Below, one piece after another: positions 10,501 through 21,736 of a stretch of DNA of 64,000 nucleotides. The position numbers and the translations under genes were made by a program. Source of the DNA: Octopus bimaculoides. Taxonomy: Eukaryota. Location of the stretch: assembly GCF_001194135.2 (NCBI RefSeq), contig NC_068981.1, forward strand, positions 120,364,108 to 120,428,107, given 5' to 3'. Every line of letters starts with the position of its first letter. Within the stretch, counting starts at the first letter, position 1. The notes beneath the pieces were generated by a model. It worked only from the letters and a program-made list of their open reading frames with translations, searched no databases and was not told the origin of the DNA.

Positions 10501-13500
10501 ATAACAATTTCTTATAATATTTTATTATAAAAATACAGCAGGATTTTTTAAACACCGAATGACTATGAAGGTCTGTCCAAGTAAAATAGGAATCAAAGAG
10601 TCCATAGGCAAGAAAATGGTTGAGCAACACGGTGTTAGATCAAAGTTTCTCAAAGTGATAAATACTAGCTCACAACCTCAAACGGAAATTTTTTTGGCAT
10701 CCCACCCACTTTATTAACGACAAATCAAAATAGAATTTGCATCCAAATAATTTCGTGTTCTTTGTTGTGGTGCTGGACAAACTTAAAAAGTTGGAAACGA
10801 TCTAAATTTTATGAAGTATGGCAGTTTTTGCTCCCTTTCAATTCTTACAGCTTAGTCTGAGAGAAACACCTCAACTGATCATTTAGACAAGTCAAGGGTA
10901 CACTTTGTTGCTGTAGCAAGCTTTAACTTTAACAGTCCCTGCCACTACATTCACAATCACTCCTCCTCTCAAACAGTCAAATTTATATTGGTTTTACATT
11001 TTGGCACAAGGCTAGCAATTTTGAGGGAGGGGTAAATCAGTTATATTGATTCCATTTCTCAACTGGTACTTATTTCATTGACCCCCAAAAGGATGAAAGT
11101 CAACCTCAGCAGCAGAATTTGAACTTAGAATATAAAATTGGATGAAATGCTGCTAAGCATTTTGCATGGTGTGTTAACAGTCAAATTCATATGACCATAG
11201 AACACGACAGTACCAATGACAAATCTGTGTGGGAGTCTCTATATGGTTGCTCAACCTGCCAGAAATAGCAACCAAATCTTCCTCACATCACACTTTGCAG
11301 TCATAAAGAGGGGAAGGACACACTAGATTATGCAGTCTTAGACAATCCCTTAAAAGACAAGATGATCATAATTGGACATCCTTTGATCATAGGTCTGCTA
11401 CATCAGGGATAAAATGACACTGAACAAGAACATCACCAATACAATAAAGAAATCTCTTATGTCATTGCTTGACATGCTAAACTCAGCAGGTAAATTTCTG
11501 TCCTACTGTTTTAGAAAAGCACAACAGCAGATTTGATGTAGTCTGAGGTGCATTCTGTCAAAGAAACATACAGGACAGTCATGGTTTGAATGGATTTGAC
11601 TAGGGCTGATGTAGGACTAATAATCCAAAATCACCATTGTAAAAACACTACAAACACATACAGTAAAAACTAGTTCCGGGATCAATAACCTCATTAATTT
11701 CAAACATTGTGCGCATCACTGAGTATAAAGTAAAATGGATCTTTGTTGATTTTGACAAGGATTATACTGACTCTTTTATATTTTAATTATTTCAGTTATT
11801 TGGACTGTGTCCATGCTGGGGCACTGCCTTGAAGGGTTTAGTGTAAACAAATCGACCCTAGTACTTACTTTTAAAATCTGGTACTATTCTATTGGTCTCT
11901 TTGCTCATTCTACTAAGTTATGGGGATGTAAACAAACCAACACACTTGTCAAGTGTAGGGAGAAAACACAAACATACACACACACACACACACACACACA
12001 TATGATGAGCTTCTACAGAGTTTTCATCAACCAAATTCACTCATAAGATAGAAGTCGACCCAGGACTATAGTAGAAGATAATTGTAGTGAGATTGAACCC
12101 AATACCACATGGTTGCAAAGCAAGCTTCTTAACCACACAACCATGCATGTACTATAAGACAGCCATGCCTATGTGATCAACTGAATTACTTACTCATTGA
12201 ATTAGAGAGCAAGTGCCTGAATATTCCTAAGACGTATGTACCCTTAACATAATTCATTATCATCACCTACTGTCTATTTTCCATGCTGGCATGGATAAGA
12301 TGGTTTGACTGGAACTGGTAAGTCAGAGAGATGCACCAGCCTCCAGTCTGTTTTGGCTTGGTTTCTACAACTGGATGCCCTTCTTAACAACAACCAGCCC
12401 ACAGAGTGTACTGGGTACCTTTTTTTAAATGTCACCAACACAGGTGCCATTTATGTGTCACCGGCACAGGTCATGGCTATAATTTCACTCAGTTTGACAT
12501 GTTTTCTCAAGTACAGCAAATCACCAAAAGTCTCAGTCACTTGTGATCACCTTTGAGAAAATCAACATTTGAAGATCATACTTCACCACTTCATCTCGTC
12601 TTCCTGAGGCTAGCTCTCCCGCAGGTTCCCTCCACAGTTAGAGATCCGATTCTCAGGTAGAATCAGCATGACACAGAATGACAAAGTTGGATCATTGAAT
12701 TACTAACAAACAAACTTCCTGTTTCCCACTACCCAATTTCACTCATAAAACCATGTTAACTGATACTAGCCCACTTCTCTGATGAGTTACTATGTTTACT
12801 CAAATTCATTCACAAGTCTCTCTATTTCTCTGTCACACTCTAACCTTTCATCATCTTGACACAAGATTTTCTCCTCCAATGCCGCCTTCCCTCTCAAAGA
12901 TTCCTTATCTTGCAAGTTACTTAGTGACCCTGCCAGTGCTGGTGCCACTTAAAAAAACATTGAGTCCATGCTGTAAAGTGGTTGGCATTTGGAAGGGCAT
13001 CCAACTGTAAATACCATGCCAAAACTGACCTCGCCTGTGCTGGTGCTGCATAAAAAGCACCCAGTCCACTCTGCAGGGTGGTTGATGTTAGGAAGGACAT
13101 CCAACCCCAAAAAATCATGCCAAAACAGACACAGAGGTATGGTGCAGTCTTCTGCTTGGCCAACCCCTGTTAAACCATCCAACCCATGCCAGCATGGAAG
13201 GAGGACATTAAATGATGATGATGATGATGATGAAAGCTTGAGCTGAGTTGAGGCTATGTTAAAGGCTCTTCCCCAAGATGCCATATAGTGTGATTAAACC
13301 AAATTCTTTATGGTAGTGAAGCCAACTTTTTAACTACTCAACCATGCTTGGGCCGAGTCCACTATTTGGTACCTAGACCAAAGCTTTGTGAGTGGATTTG
13401 GTAGCCAGAAACTGAAAGGAGAGTGTTGATTGCTATGCATATATATATATATATATATATATANNNNNNNNNNNNNNNNNNNNNNNNNNNNNNNNNNNNN

Positions 13501-13640
13501 NNNNNNNNNNNNNNNNNNNNNTATATGATTAATAAATTCAAAAAGAGATAAAAATCTTTTACAAGAATTTTATCAGGAAGCCAGTGTGTAAAAAAATTCA
13601 TAAGGGAAATTTCTATTCCCAAGAATATAATTATTCGTTT

Positions 13641-13859
13641 ATATTTATATAAGGGGCATTACTACAGAATAATGCCACACACTGGACTTCCCAAAATAAA
13701 ATGTAGAACATTCTAGTAATCGCGAAATCGTTCGATACATAGTTGAGTTATTTAAAAAAAAGTTGGTCTTCTTCTGTTGGTTGTTTTCCTCACATTTGAT
13801 ACTAAATGTGTTTATTTTGGGAAGTCCAGTGTGTGGCATTATTCTGTAGTAATGCCCCT

Positions 13860-13870
<11 letters not shown>
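13641..13870. mobile_element. MITE with perfect 60-bp terminal inverted repeats
   Basis: 13641-13700 is the exact reverse complement of 13811-13870; about 110-bp unique spacer; TA-rich flanks. Confidence 0.8.
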
Positions 13871-13919
<49 letters not shown>

Positions 13920-14074
13920 AGTAATAATAATATGATAACAAAAGAATGAATGAGACCTCGATATTATATAAAATAGAGGAATTTATCTATAAATATAATA
14001 TGTGATAATTAGTTGGTTGTTATAATAAAACTCAGAGTTTCGGTTATTAAGACAAAATGCTATATATAGTGTTT

Positions 14075-14144
14075 TGTCTTAATAACTGATGAGATGCCAG
14101 AGCGGACTTCTCCGGTATCCGAAACTCTGAGTTTTATCATGACA
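14075..14144 (+). ncRNA. Type I hammerhead ribozyme motif within a fold-back repeat
   Basis: tgtcttaataa-CTGATGA-gatgcc...ggtatcc-GAAAC-tctga-GTT-ttatcatgaca: 9 of 11 stem I pairs, palindromic stem III ACTC-T-GAGT. Confidence 0.7.
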
Positions 14145-14204
14145 ACCAACTAATTGTTACATATTAAATATATATATATATATAAAGACAAAACACAAAC
14201 CCCT

Positions 14205-15645
14205 TCAGGTAGATGACCCTGCTCGATCTGTAGAAAAGGCGTGGGTAGAAACTCTATAAGATGTACCCAGTGTAAGCTATGGACACATAAGAGGTGCAAC
14301 AATATCAAAGGAAGGCTAACTAGGAAGATAGTTTTTGTATGTGGCAGATGTTCAGGAGCAATAAACACTGAAAATGTGCAGAAAACAACTTTTGCCACAT
14401 TCCAGGGAGAAAAACCAGAAGTAGTTGAAAGCTTCCGTTACCTAGGGGACCAAGTCAGTAGTGGGGGTAGATGCTCTGAATGTGTAGCTGCTAGAATAAG
14501 AATAGCTTGGGCAAAGTTCAGAGAGCTCCTACCTCTGCTGGTGACAAAGGGCCTCTCACTCAGAGTAAAAGGCAGACTGTATAACGCATGTGTACGAACA
14601 GCCATGCTACATGGCAGTGAAATATGGGCCGTTACTGCTGAGGACATGCATAAGTTCGCAAGGAATGAAGCCAGTATGCTCCGATGGATGTGTAATGTCA
14701 GTGTGCATACACGACAGAGTGTAAGTACCTTGAGAGAAAAGTTGGACCTAAGAAGCATCAGTTGTGGGTGCAAGAGAGACGATTGTGCTGGTATGGTTAT
14801 GTGGCAAGAATGGATGAGGATAGCTGCGTGAAAAAGTGCCACACCTTAGCGGTTGAGGGAACCTGTGGAAGAGGTAGACCGAGGAAGACCTGGGATGAGG
14901 AGGTGAAGCATGACCTTCGAACATTAGGCCTCACCGAGGCAATCTCTAGGAACTGAGACCTTTGGAAATATGCAGTGCGTGAGAAGACCCGGCAAGCCAA
15001 GTGAGACCATAATCCGAGGCCTCTGCCAGGGGTGTAGCCAGCCCACTTATGCGTACCTTTCCTTCATTCTTGCGAAGACCTGTTGAGGCAGGTGAAATCG
15101 AAACCGAACCAAATTCGACAACTGGCACCCATGCCAACCTCTCTTTCATTGGACACTAAACTCTGCTTGCAAAGACCTGTTGGGGCAAGTGAAATCGAAA
15201 TCGGGATTGAAATAATTCGATGACTGGCATCTGTGCTAGTGGAGCGCTAAGAGTACCATCCAAACGTGATCATTGCCAGAGCAGCTGTCTGGCTTCCATG
15301 CCAGTGGCATGTAAATAGCACCATTTGTGTGTGATCGTTACCAGTGTCGCCTTACTGGCATGTGAAAAAACATTCGAGCGAGGTCGTTGCCAGGACTGGC
15401 TCCTGTGCAGGTGGCATGTAAAAAACATCATTTTGAGCATGGCCTTTGCCAGTAGCACCTGACTGGCCCTCGTGCCATTGGCACGTAAAAGCACCCAATA
15501 CACTCTCGGAGTGGTTGGCGTTAGGAAGGGCATTCAGCTGTAGAAACTCTGCCAGATTCAGATTGGAGCCTGGTTCGCCAGTTCTCAGTCAAATCGTCCA
15601 ACCCATGCTAGCATGGAAGGCGAATGTTAAACGATGATGATGATG
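14205..15645 (+). mobile_element. RTE-clade LINE 3' portion: Cys-rich insert, RT C-terminus, ~650-nt 3' UTR, (GAT)n tail
   Basis: ORF 14241-14831 CTQCKLWTHKRC...FRYLGDQVSSGG...RIRIAWAKFREL...MLHGSE; frameshifted continuation GRGRPRKTWDEEVKHD; tail gatgatgat. Confidence 0.9.
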
Positions 15646-15685
15646 TGTGCTTTTACATGCCAGTGCAACATAAAAGCACCCAACA

Positions 15686-16310
15686 TCATCATCATCATCA
15701 TCATCGTTTAACGTCCGCTTTCCATGCTAGCATGGGTTGGACGATTTGACTGAGGACTGGTGAAACCGGATGGCAACACCAGGCTCCAGTCTGATTTGGC
15801 AGAGTTTCTACAGCTGGATGCCCTTCCTAACGCCAACCACTCAGAGAGTGTAGTGNNNNNNNNNNNNNNNNNNNNNNNNNNNNNNNNNNNNNNNNNNNNN
15901 NNNNNNNNNNNNNNNNNNNNNNNNNNNNNNNNNNNNNNNNNNNNNNNNNNNNNNNNNNNNNNNNNNNNNNNNNNNNNNNNNNNNNNNNNNNNNNNNNNNN
16001 NNNNNNNNNNNNNNNNNNNNNNNNNNNNNNNNNNNNNNNNNNNNNNNNNNNNNNNNNNNNNNNNNNNNNNNNNNNNNNNNNNNNNNNNNNNCTAGTTAAC
16101 CTGCCTTTGATGTTGCTGCACCTCTTATGTGTCCATAGCTTGCACCGGGTACATCTTATAGAGTTACTACCTACTCCTTTTCTACATACTGAGCAGGGCC
16201 ATCTACCTGAAGGGGTTTGTGTTTTATCTACCTTCCTACTTATTAGGATTTTGGTTTTAGCTAGGTTGACTCTAAGGCCCTTCAATTCTAGACCTTGCTT
16301 CCACACCTGA
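15686..16310 (-). mobile_element. Second RTE copy, tail-to-tail with the previous one, spanning an N gap
   Basis: catcatcat tail at ~15686; VWKQGLELKGLRVNLAKTK...WPCSVCRKGVGSNSIRCTRCKLWTHKRC in ORF 15827-16414. Confidence 0.85.
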
Positions 16311-16940
16311 AACTTAAAATGGTTGGTGTTAGGAAGGGCATCCAACCATAGAAACCATACCAACTGGAACCTGGGCAGCTTTCTAGCTGGCCAGCTCCTG
16401 TCAAACTGTCCCACTCATGGCCGCATGGAAAACAGATGTTAAATTATGATGATTATGATGATGATGTGTGTGTGTGTAGATGATGCAAGTGTGTCTGGGT
16501 GTTTGTTTACATTGTCAAATGCTTGTAAGGTGTGGTTGGTGGTGGCATTGTTAGTTTCTTCAATCAACAAATTGTTTAGACACTTTGTGCCTTCAAAGCT
16601 ATGTGATCCCTAAGTGATTCCTTAATGAAATATGTAAGAAGTAACATCAGGAAGGTCATCCAGCTGTAAAACAATGCCTCAAATAACATATTTGTCCTAC
16701 TTGAACAAGATTGGAAATGTGGACATAAAACAAATATGCATATATATATATATATATATGAATTTTACTTTGAAATGACAGGGTAAGGGACCCTGATGAA
16801 ACTACAATGATCATGATGCTAGGTTGCATATCCAACAGTGTGCAGTTGCGGCAGTTGAAACATGGGTAGGTCCCATAAAGATGCTGTAAATAACAATTAA
16901 ATAAAATAGTGGATGTGAAAAATCTCCGTTCTCCTTATTA

Positions 16941-19147
16941 CACTGGACAACAAGGATCTTGCTACCGGTATAAAAGCATGTTTTAGCCAAAATCAAGTAT
17001 GCTGATTCCGGATCCGCATTCAGAATTGTTTTGGCACATCAGGATTTTGAGTTATGCACAAGATTATAACTATACTTTCAGCTAGATATAGGCCGTATTA
17101 TAAAATTTGCTAAAATGAAAGCGGTCTTAATTCAAAATTTAAGAAATAACAGCAATAAAACAAACAATGAGAAAGTTCATTATTTAGTTTAGCAATAGAT
17201 GGCGCTGACATATTGTGTGCAAGTCAGTTTGTTCTTGATAACTCTCAGTGTCATTTGCACTGTCATCACGTATGGTATCTGTATCTCTCACTCTGCATGA
17301 TAACTGTGTTCATGAATAGGAGAGGCTGTGTGAATCACCCAGACAATTTTCGTTATGTCTGTGGAAAATTTGCTCTGCATGACTAGCAGAAGAACATTGC
17401 CACCAAATTAAAAACTGCCTATAAATATTATTTCAGGTGTAAAGTTGGGGACCAAGACAAGCAGTGGGCACTTCATATCTGCTACACTGTGTGTTACTCA
17501 GGGCTTTCACAGTGGCTGAATGGAAAATGGAAGGGAATGCTTTTTGCTGTACCAAAGGTATGGAGTGAGCCAACCAATCATGTCTCTGACTGTTACTTTT
17601 GCATTACTAATATTAGTGGTTTCTCAAAGAAAACCAAAACAAAAATTTGTGTACATAGATTGTAAATCGGCTTTAAAACTGGTCCCACATGACTTCAAGA
17701 ACTCTGTCCCAGTTCCCCTCTCACATGATTCACTTGAAGACCTTCACATGTTACACAATGAACTTCCTGATTCTCCTATCAATGAAGAGTACATAGTTGA
17801 TTCTAAGAAAAATGAGCCATGCTTCTTTAATCAAGAATATTTGAACTATTCAATAAGAGACCTAGCAGTGTCAAAGGAGAAGGCAGAAGTTTCGGGATCC
17901 AGACTACAACAACAGAATCTCCTACAGTAAGGTATGAAAATTTCCATTTTCTGTTTTTGCCATATCTGTTTTCGCTTATCTGTCTTTTTTCAAGCAAGAA
18001 AATAATGCTTGTTTCTGAACTGACGTTAATGCACTCATACAAAAACTACATCACGTGCATGTGGCTAACGAATGGAGATTGTTTATAGACTCAAGTAAGG
18101 TTAACCTTAAAGCTGTGTTGTTACATAATGGTAATGAAAAACCTTCCATTCCTGTCATATTGTAAGTATGGAAGAAACTTATGAATTGATGGAATTCATT
18201 CTGAAAGGACTTAATTACTCAGTTCATAATTGGAATATTTGTGGTGATTTAAAGGTGATTTCCCTCCTCCTAGAATTGTAGCTGGGATATACCAAAAATA
18301 TGTGCTTCTTGTGTGTTTGGATCAGCTGTGATGATAGCAATCATTACACTGTAAAAACTGGCCTTAAAGAGATGAGCGCATAGTTGGTTGGTACAATATG
18401 CAGCACATGCCACTGGTAGACCCACAAAAGATCTTCCTTCCACCCTTTCACATCAAACTCGGCCTCACGAAAAACTTCATAAAAGCAATGACACATGATA
18501 GTTGTGGCTTCCAGTACCTAAAAGTAAAATTTGGTGCAAAGAAAAGTGATGCAAAACTGAAAGCAGGCATTTTCATTGGACCCAAGATAAGAGAATTGAT
18601 GTCTGATAGCAAATTCAGAGGTAAACTGAATCCAGTTGAGTTGATGGCATGGGATTCATTCGTGTTAGTTGTACAGAACTTTCTTGGAAATCATAGAGCT
18701 GAAAACTATGCCAATTTAATAAAGAACATGCTAACAGCATACGAAAGAATAGAATGTTGAATGTCCTTTAAAATGCACTTCTTGCATTCTCGTCTTGATT
18801 TTTTTCCAATGCTGGTTCCTACAACAAGAGTTCAGCATGATGCATAAGTGCAAGAGCAAGTATCTCAAACATTTCTGAGGTGAGCATATCAAAAATAAAG
18901 TGAGTATTCCCTTAACATAAATATACTATATACCATTATATTATACTATTTGCTTTGAACATAAATATACTATATACAGTACTAATATACTATTATAATA
19001 ATTATTTATCTTGAACTTAACTATCCCTGATACTAATATAGTATTAATTTATAATTATGCACATAACTCAAAATCCTAATGTGCCACAGCAATTCTGAGT
19101 GCAGGTTCAGAATCAGCATACAATAAATGTTTTTTTGTTGCCCAGTG
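16941..19147 (+). mobile_element. Chapaev3-like (CMC) DNA transposon with both termini and degenerate transposase
   Basis: Termini cactggacaacaa / ttgttgcccagtg with long imperfect subterminal inverted repeats; CVNHPDNF-YVCG zinc finger, VGDQDK-WA-HIC, FHIKLGL-KNFIKAM, MS-KMHFLHS-LDFF motifs. Superfamily assignment is from memory. Confidence 0.7.
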
Positions 19148-19180
19148 AATACTACATTATACATACATATATATATATAT

Positions 19181-19251
19181 AATAATATAGCCTGAACAGG
19201 ATAAACTACCCCTAAAATAGGGGTAGTTTATCCTGTTCAGGCTATATTATT
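19181..19251. repeat. Perfect 34-bp-arm palindrome with 3-nt loop
   Basis: aataatatagcctgaacaggataaactaccccta-aaa-taggggtagtttatcctgttcaggctatattatt. Confidence 0.92.
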
Positions 19252-19361
19252 AGCATTATCCTGCGATTGAGAATTTAAAATCACTTCTTTAACTTTCTAA
19301 GACATTTCAACGCTTCTAAAAGCAAACTTCGTTTGTTTGTTTACATTTGTCGTAATTTGAA

Positions 19362-19397
<36 letters not shown>

Positions 19398-19944
19398 ATA
19401 TGCATACACACACACATATATCTAAAAACAAACACACATAAATATACATTCATACATGCACACATGTGTACACACACACACACACACATACAGACTTACA
19501 CACATATATAGCTATAAATATTAAGAGGAGGAGAAAGAATGAAAAAAAAAGCCAACATCAGACTCTTTTAAAAAGTTTTAGTGAAATTTTATTGGCAAAA
19601 TATTTTTTAAATGGTTAAAATGTTGAAACAGATTCATGGATCCAACTGTGGACTGTGGAACACAGTAATTAAACAAGTAGACCAGGCAGATCTATCATAC
19701 TTTTAATTGTCATACATCTGTAGTGTTCATGAGATTGAATCAGGAGTAAAATAAATCACAGCCTACTTTAAAAAAATAACATTAAAAAAGTATACATAGT
19801 ACAATACATTCCTAGATATACATTATGACTAAGACAGGATGTTCATGACTTTCAGCATAGGTTTGCTTGATGAAGACAGGTATGAATGGGATGGTGGTAA
19901 ACAATAACAACAATAATCATTACAAAACTACAAAGTCACAACTA

Positions 19945-20160
19945 TTCTTTTCTACTTTAGGCACAAGGCCCGAAATTTTTGGGGAGGGGCCAGTCGATTA
20001 GATTGACCCCCAGTACGCAACTGGTACTTAATTTATCGACCCCGAAAGGATGAAAGGCAAAGTCGACCTCGGTGGAATTTGAACTCAGAACGTAACAGCA
20101 GACAAAATACCGCTAAGCATTTCACCCGGCGTGCTAACGTTTCTGCCAGCTCGCTGCCTT
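19945..20160 (-). mobile_element. tRNA-derived SINE family C; copies at ~11000-11180, 33655-33870, 39840-40085, 44430-44640, 50550-51000, 55680-55830, 59900-60330
   Basis: gagctggcagaaacgttagcac head, gagttcaaattcc B-box-like, central gtcgactttgcctttcatcctttcggggtcgataaattaagtaccag domain; low divergence in this copy. Confidence 0.8.
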
Positions 20161-20524
20161 AAAGTCACAACTATTACTCTGAGTCAATGAGAGAGAGTTT
20201 CAATGAGTTCGCTCAATGAATTTGTTAGAAACAGCAGTCAAATTTTTCTCAAATCATATCCTACAGTCTAAAAGATAAAAACAACAAGAAAAAAAAAAAC
20301 AAACAAACTACCAGAGGGACACACTGATTTAATTCTAGATTTAGAATTAGATTATTCAGAGGTCTGAAAAAGGAAAGATTGGGTGGCTACACCTGGAATG
20401 TTTTACATCATAGCTCTGTTTGACTAGGATGAACAACAACAACAACAACAACAAGGCAACAATAACAACAGCAGCAGCAGCAACATCCATGTCATGCCAA
20501 ATGATCATAAAAAAAATCAGATTC

Positions 20525-20530
20525 TTTATT
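20525..20530 (-). terminator. Candidate AATAAA polyadenylation signal for MLH1
   Basis: tttatt on plus strand about 100 nt past the stop codon; other AATAAA hexamers occur further downstream, so use is unproven. Confidence 0.3.
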
Positions 20531-20632
20531 TTGTTCTATTTCATCCTGATGTATGTCGATGAAAGAAACGAAAACAAAGGGAACTATGGTATTAGGGTGG
20601 ATGGCAAGATATAAAGATAGGAAAAAAATATC

Positions 20633-20821
20633 CTAGCATCTTTCAAAGACTTTGTAGAGATCATTTAAGTTGGCAATCTCTAAAACACTGGCGTTTTCGG
20701 CAAAGTGCTTTGGTGGTAGTAAATAATCTCTGAAAGCAGGGAACAGAATATGTTCAACAGTCCATCTCCAGTCAGCAGCAGATGTGGGATTCTTCATTGT
20801 TTCACTTGTTTCATCTTCTTC
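20633..20821 (-). CDS. MLH1: MLH1 terminal coding exon (189 nt): [62 protein letters not shown]
   Basis: CAG acceptor; W-WTVEH...LPPKHF...[12 protein letters not shown] then TAG at 20633-20635. Confidence 0.97.
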   Translation of the reverse strand, partial: EEDETSETMKNPTSAADWRWTVEHILFPAFRDYLLPPKHFAENASVLEIANLNDLYKVFERC

Positions 20822-21693
20822 CTGAATTAGAATTAAAACAAAGTAAAAAAGTCATTGTCAATGAAGTCATCTAATTATAATCATAATTATGGGTGAATAA
20901 AAAAAGGATATGAAACAAAATAACATTTTATTTTTACCATAACCAAATGAGAGTAGTTTTTACATAGTCAATTGACCCTGTTAAAAATAGCAGTCAAATA
21001 TCCTTCAAATCACATCTTAGTTTAAAAAAAAAGCAAGAACACAGGGACAATATAGTTTCTAAATCAACAATATTATTTTATAGTTAATTATTTTTTAGTG
21101 TAACCATTTGTTTTTTTTTTTTTAACTAAACATAAAAGAGACAGGTGAGGGAACAACCAGCAAGAGTACCAATTTGATGCTACGGGAAAAATGGAGAAGT
21201 CTTTGATGTCTCAAGCCTATGCTCTTTGACAGAAAGGGATGAGAAGAAAAAATGGAGAGAGATTTTAAAAATGTGTTGGGATTAATGGTTCCACATAATC
21301 TAAGCTGTGTGGTCTTGTGAAGTACATCTGTATGTTCACAGTAATTAAATGTATGTATATAGACGTTATATTTTGAATGAGGCAAATATAGCATTTAAAA
21401 TTTCTATAGAATTCTATTTGCAGAATAATTACATTATGGCATTGGCCATGGCTACGATCTCACTTGACTTGTCGAGTCTTCTCAATCACAGCATCTCTCC
21501 AAAAGTCTCGGTTGCTTGTCATTGCCTCTGTGAGGTCCAACATTTGAAGGTTGTACTTCACCACCTCATCCCATGTCTTCTTGGGTCTATCTTTTCTAAA
21601 GGTTTCTTCCACTGTTAGGAAGTGACCCTTCTTCACACAGCTATCTCATATATATATATATATATACACACACACATACATACATACACAAAC

Positions 21694-21736
<43 letters not shown>

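Noticed and set aside
10520-10980. Unique-looking, slightly CpG-richer stretch with short ORFs on both strands
   Set aside because: No recognisable protein motif or convincing splice-site pair.
12779-12815. CTGATGA followed by a possible short stem
   Set aside because: No GAAA core downstream and no stem I/III; not a supportable hammerhead.
16793-16815. CTGATGAAAC motif
   Set aside because: No stem II and no GUH site; incomplete.
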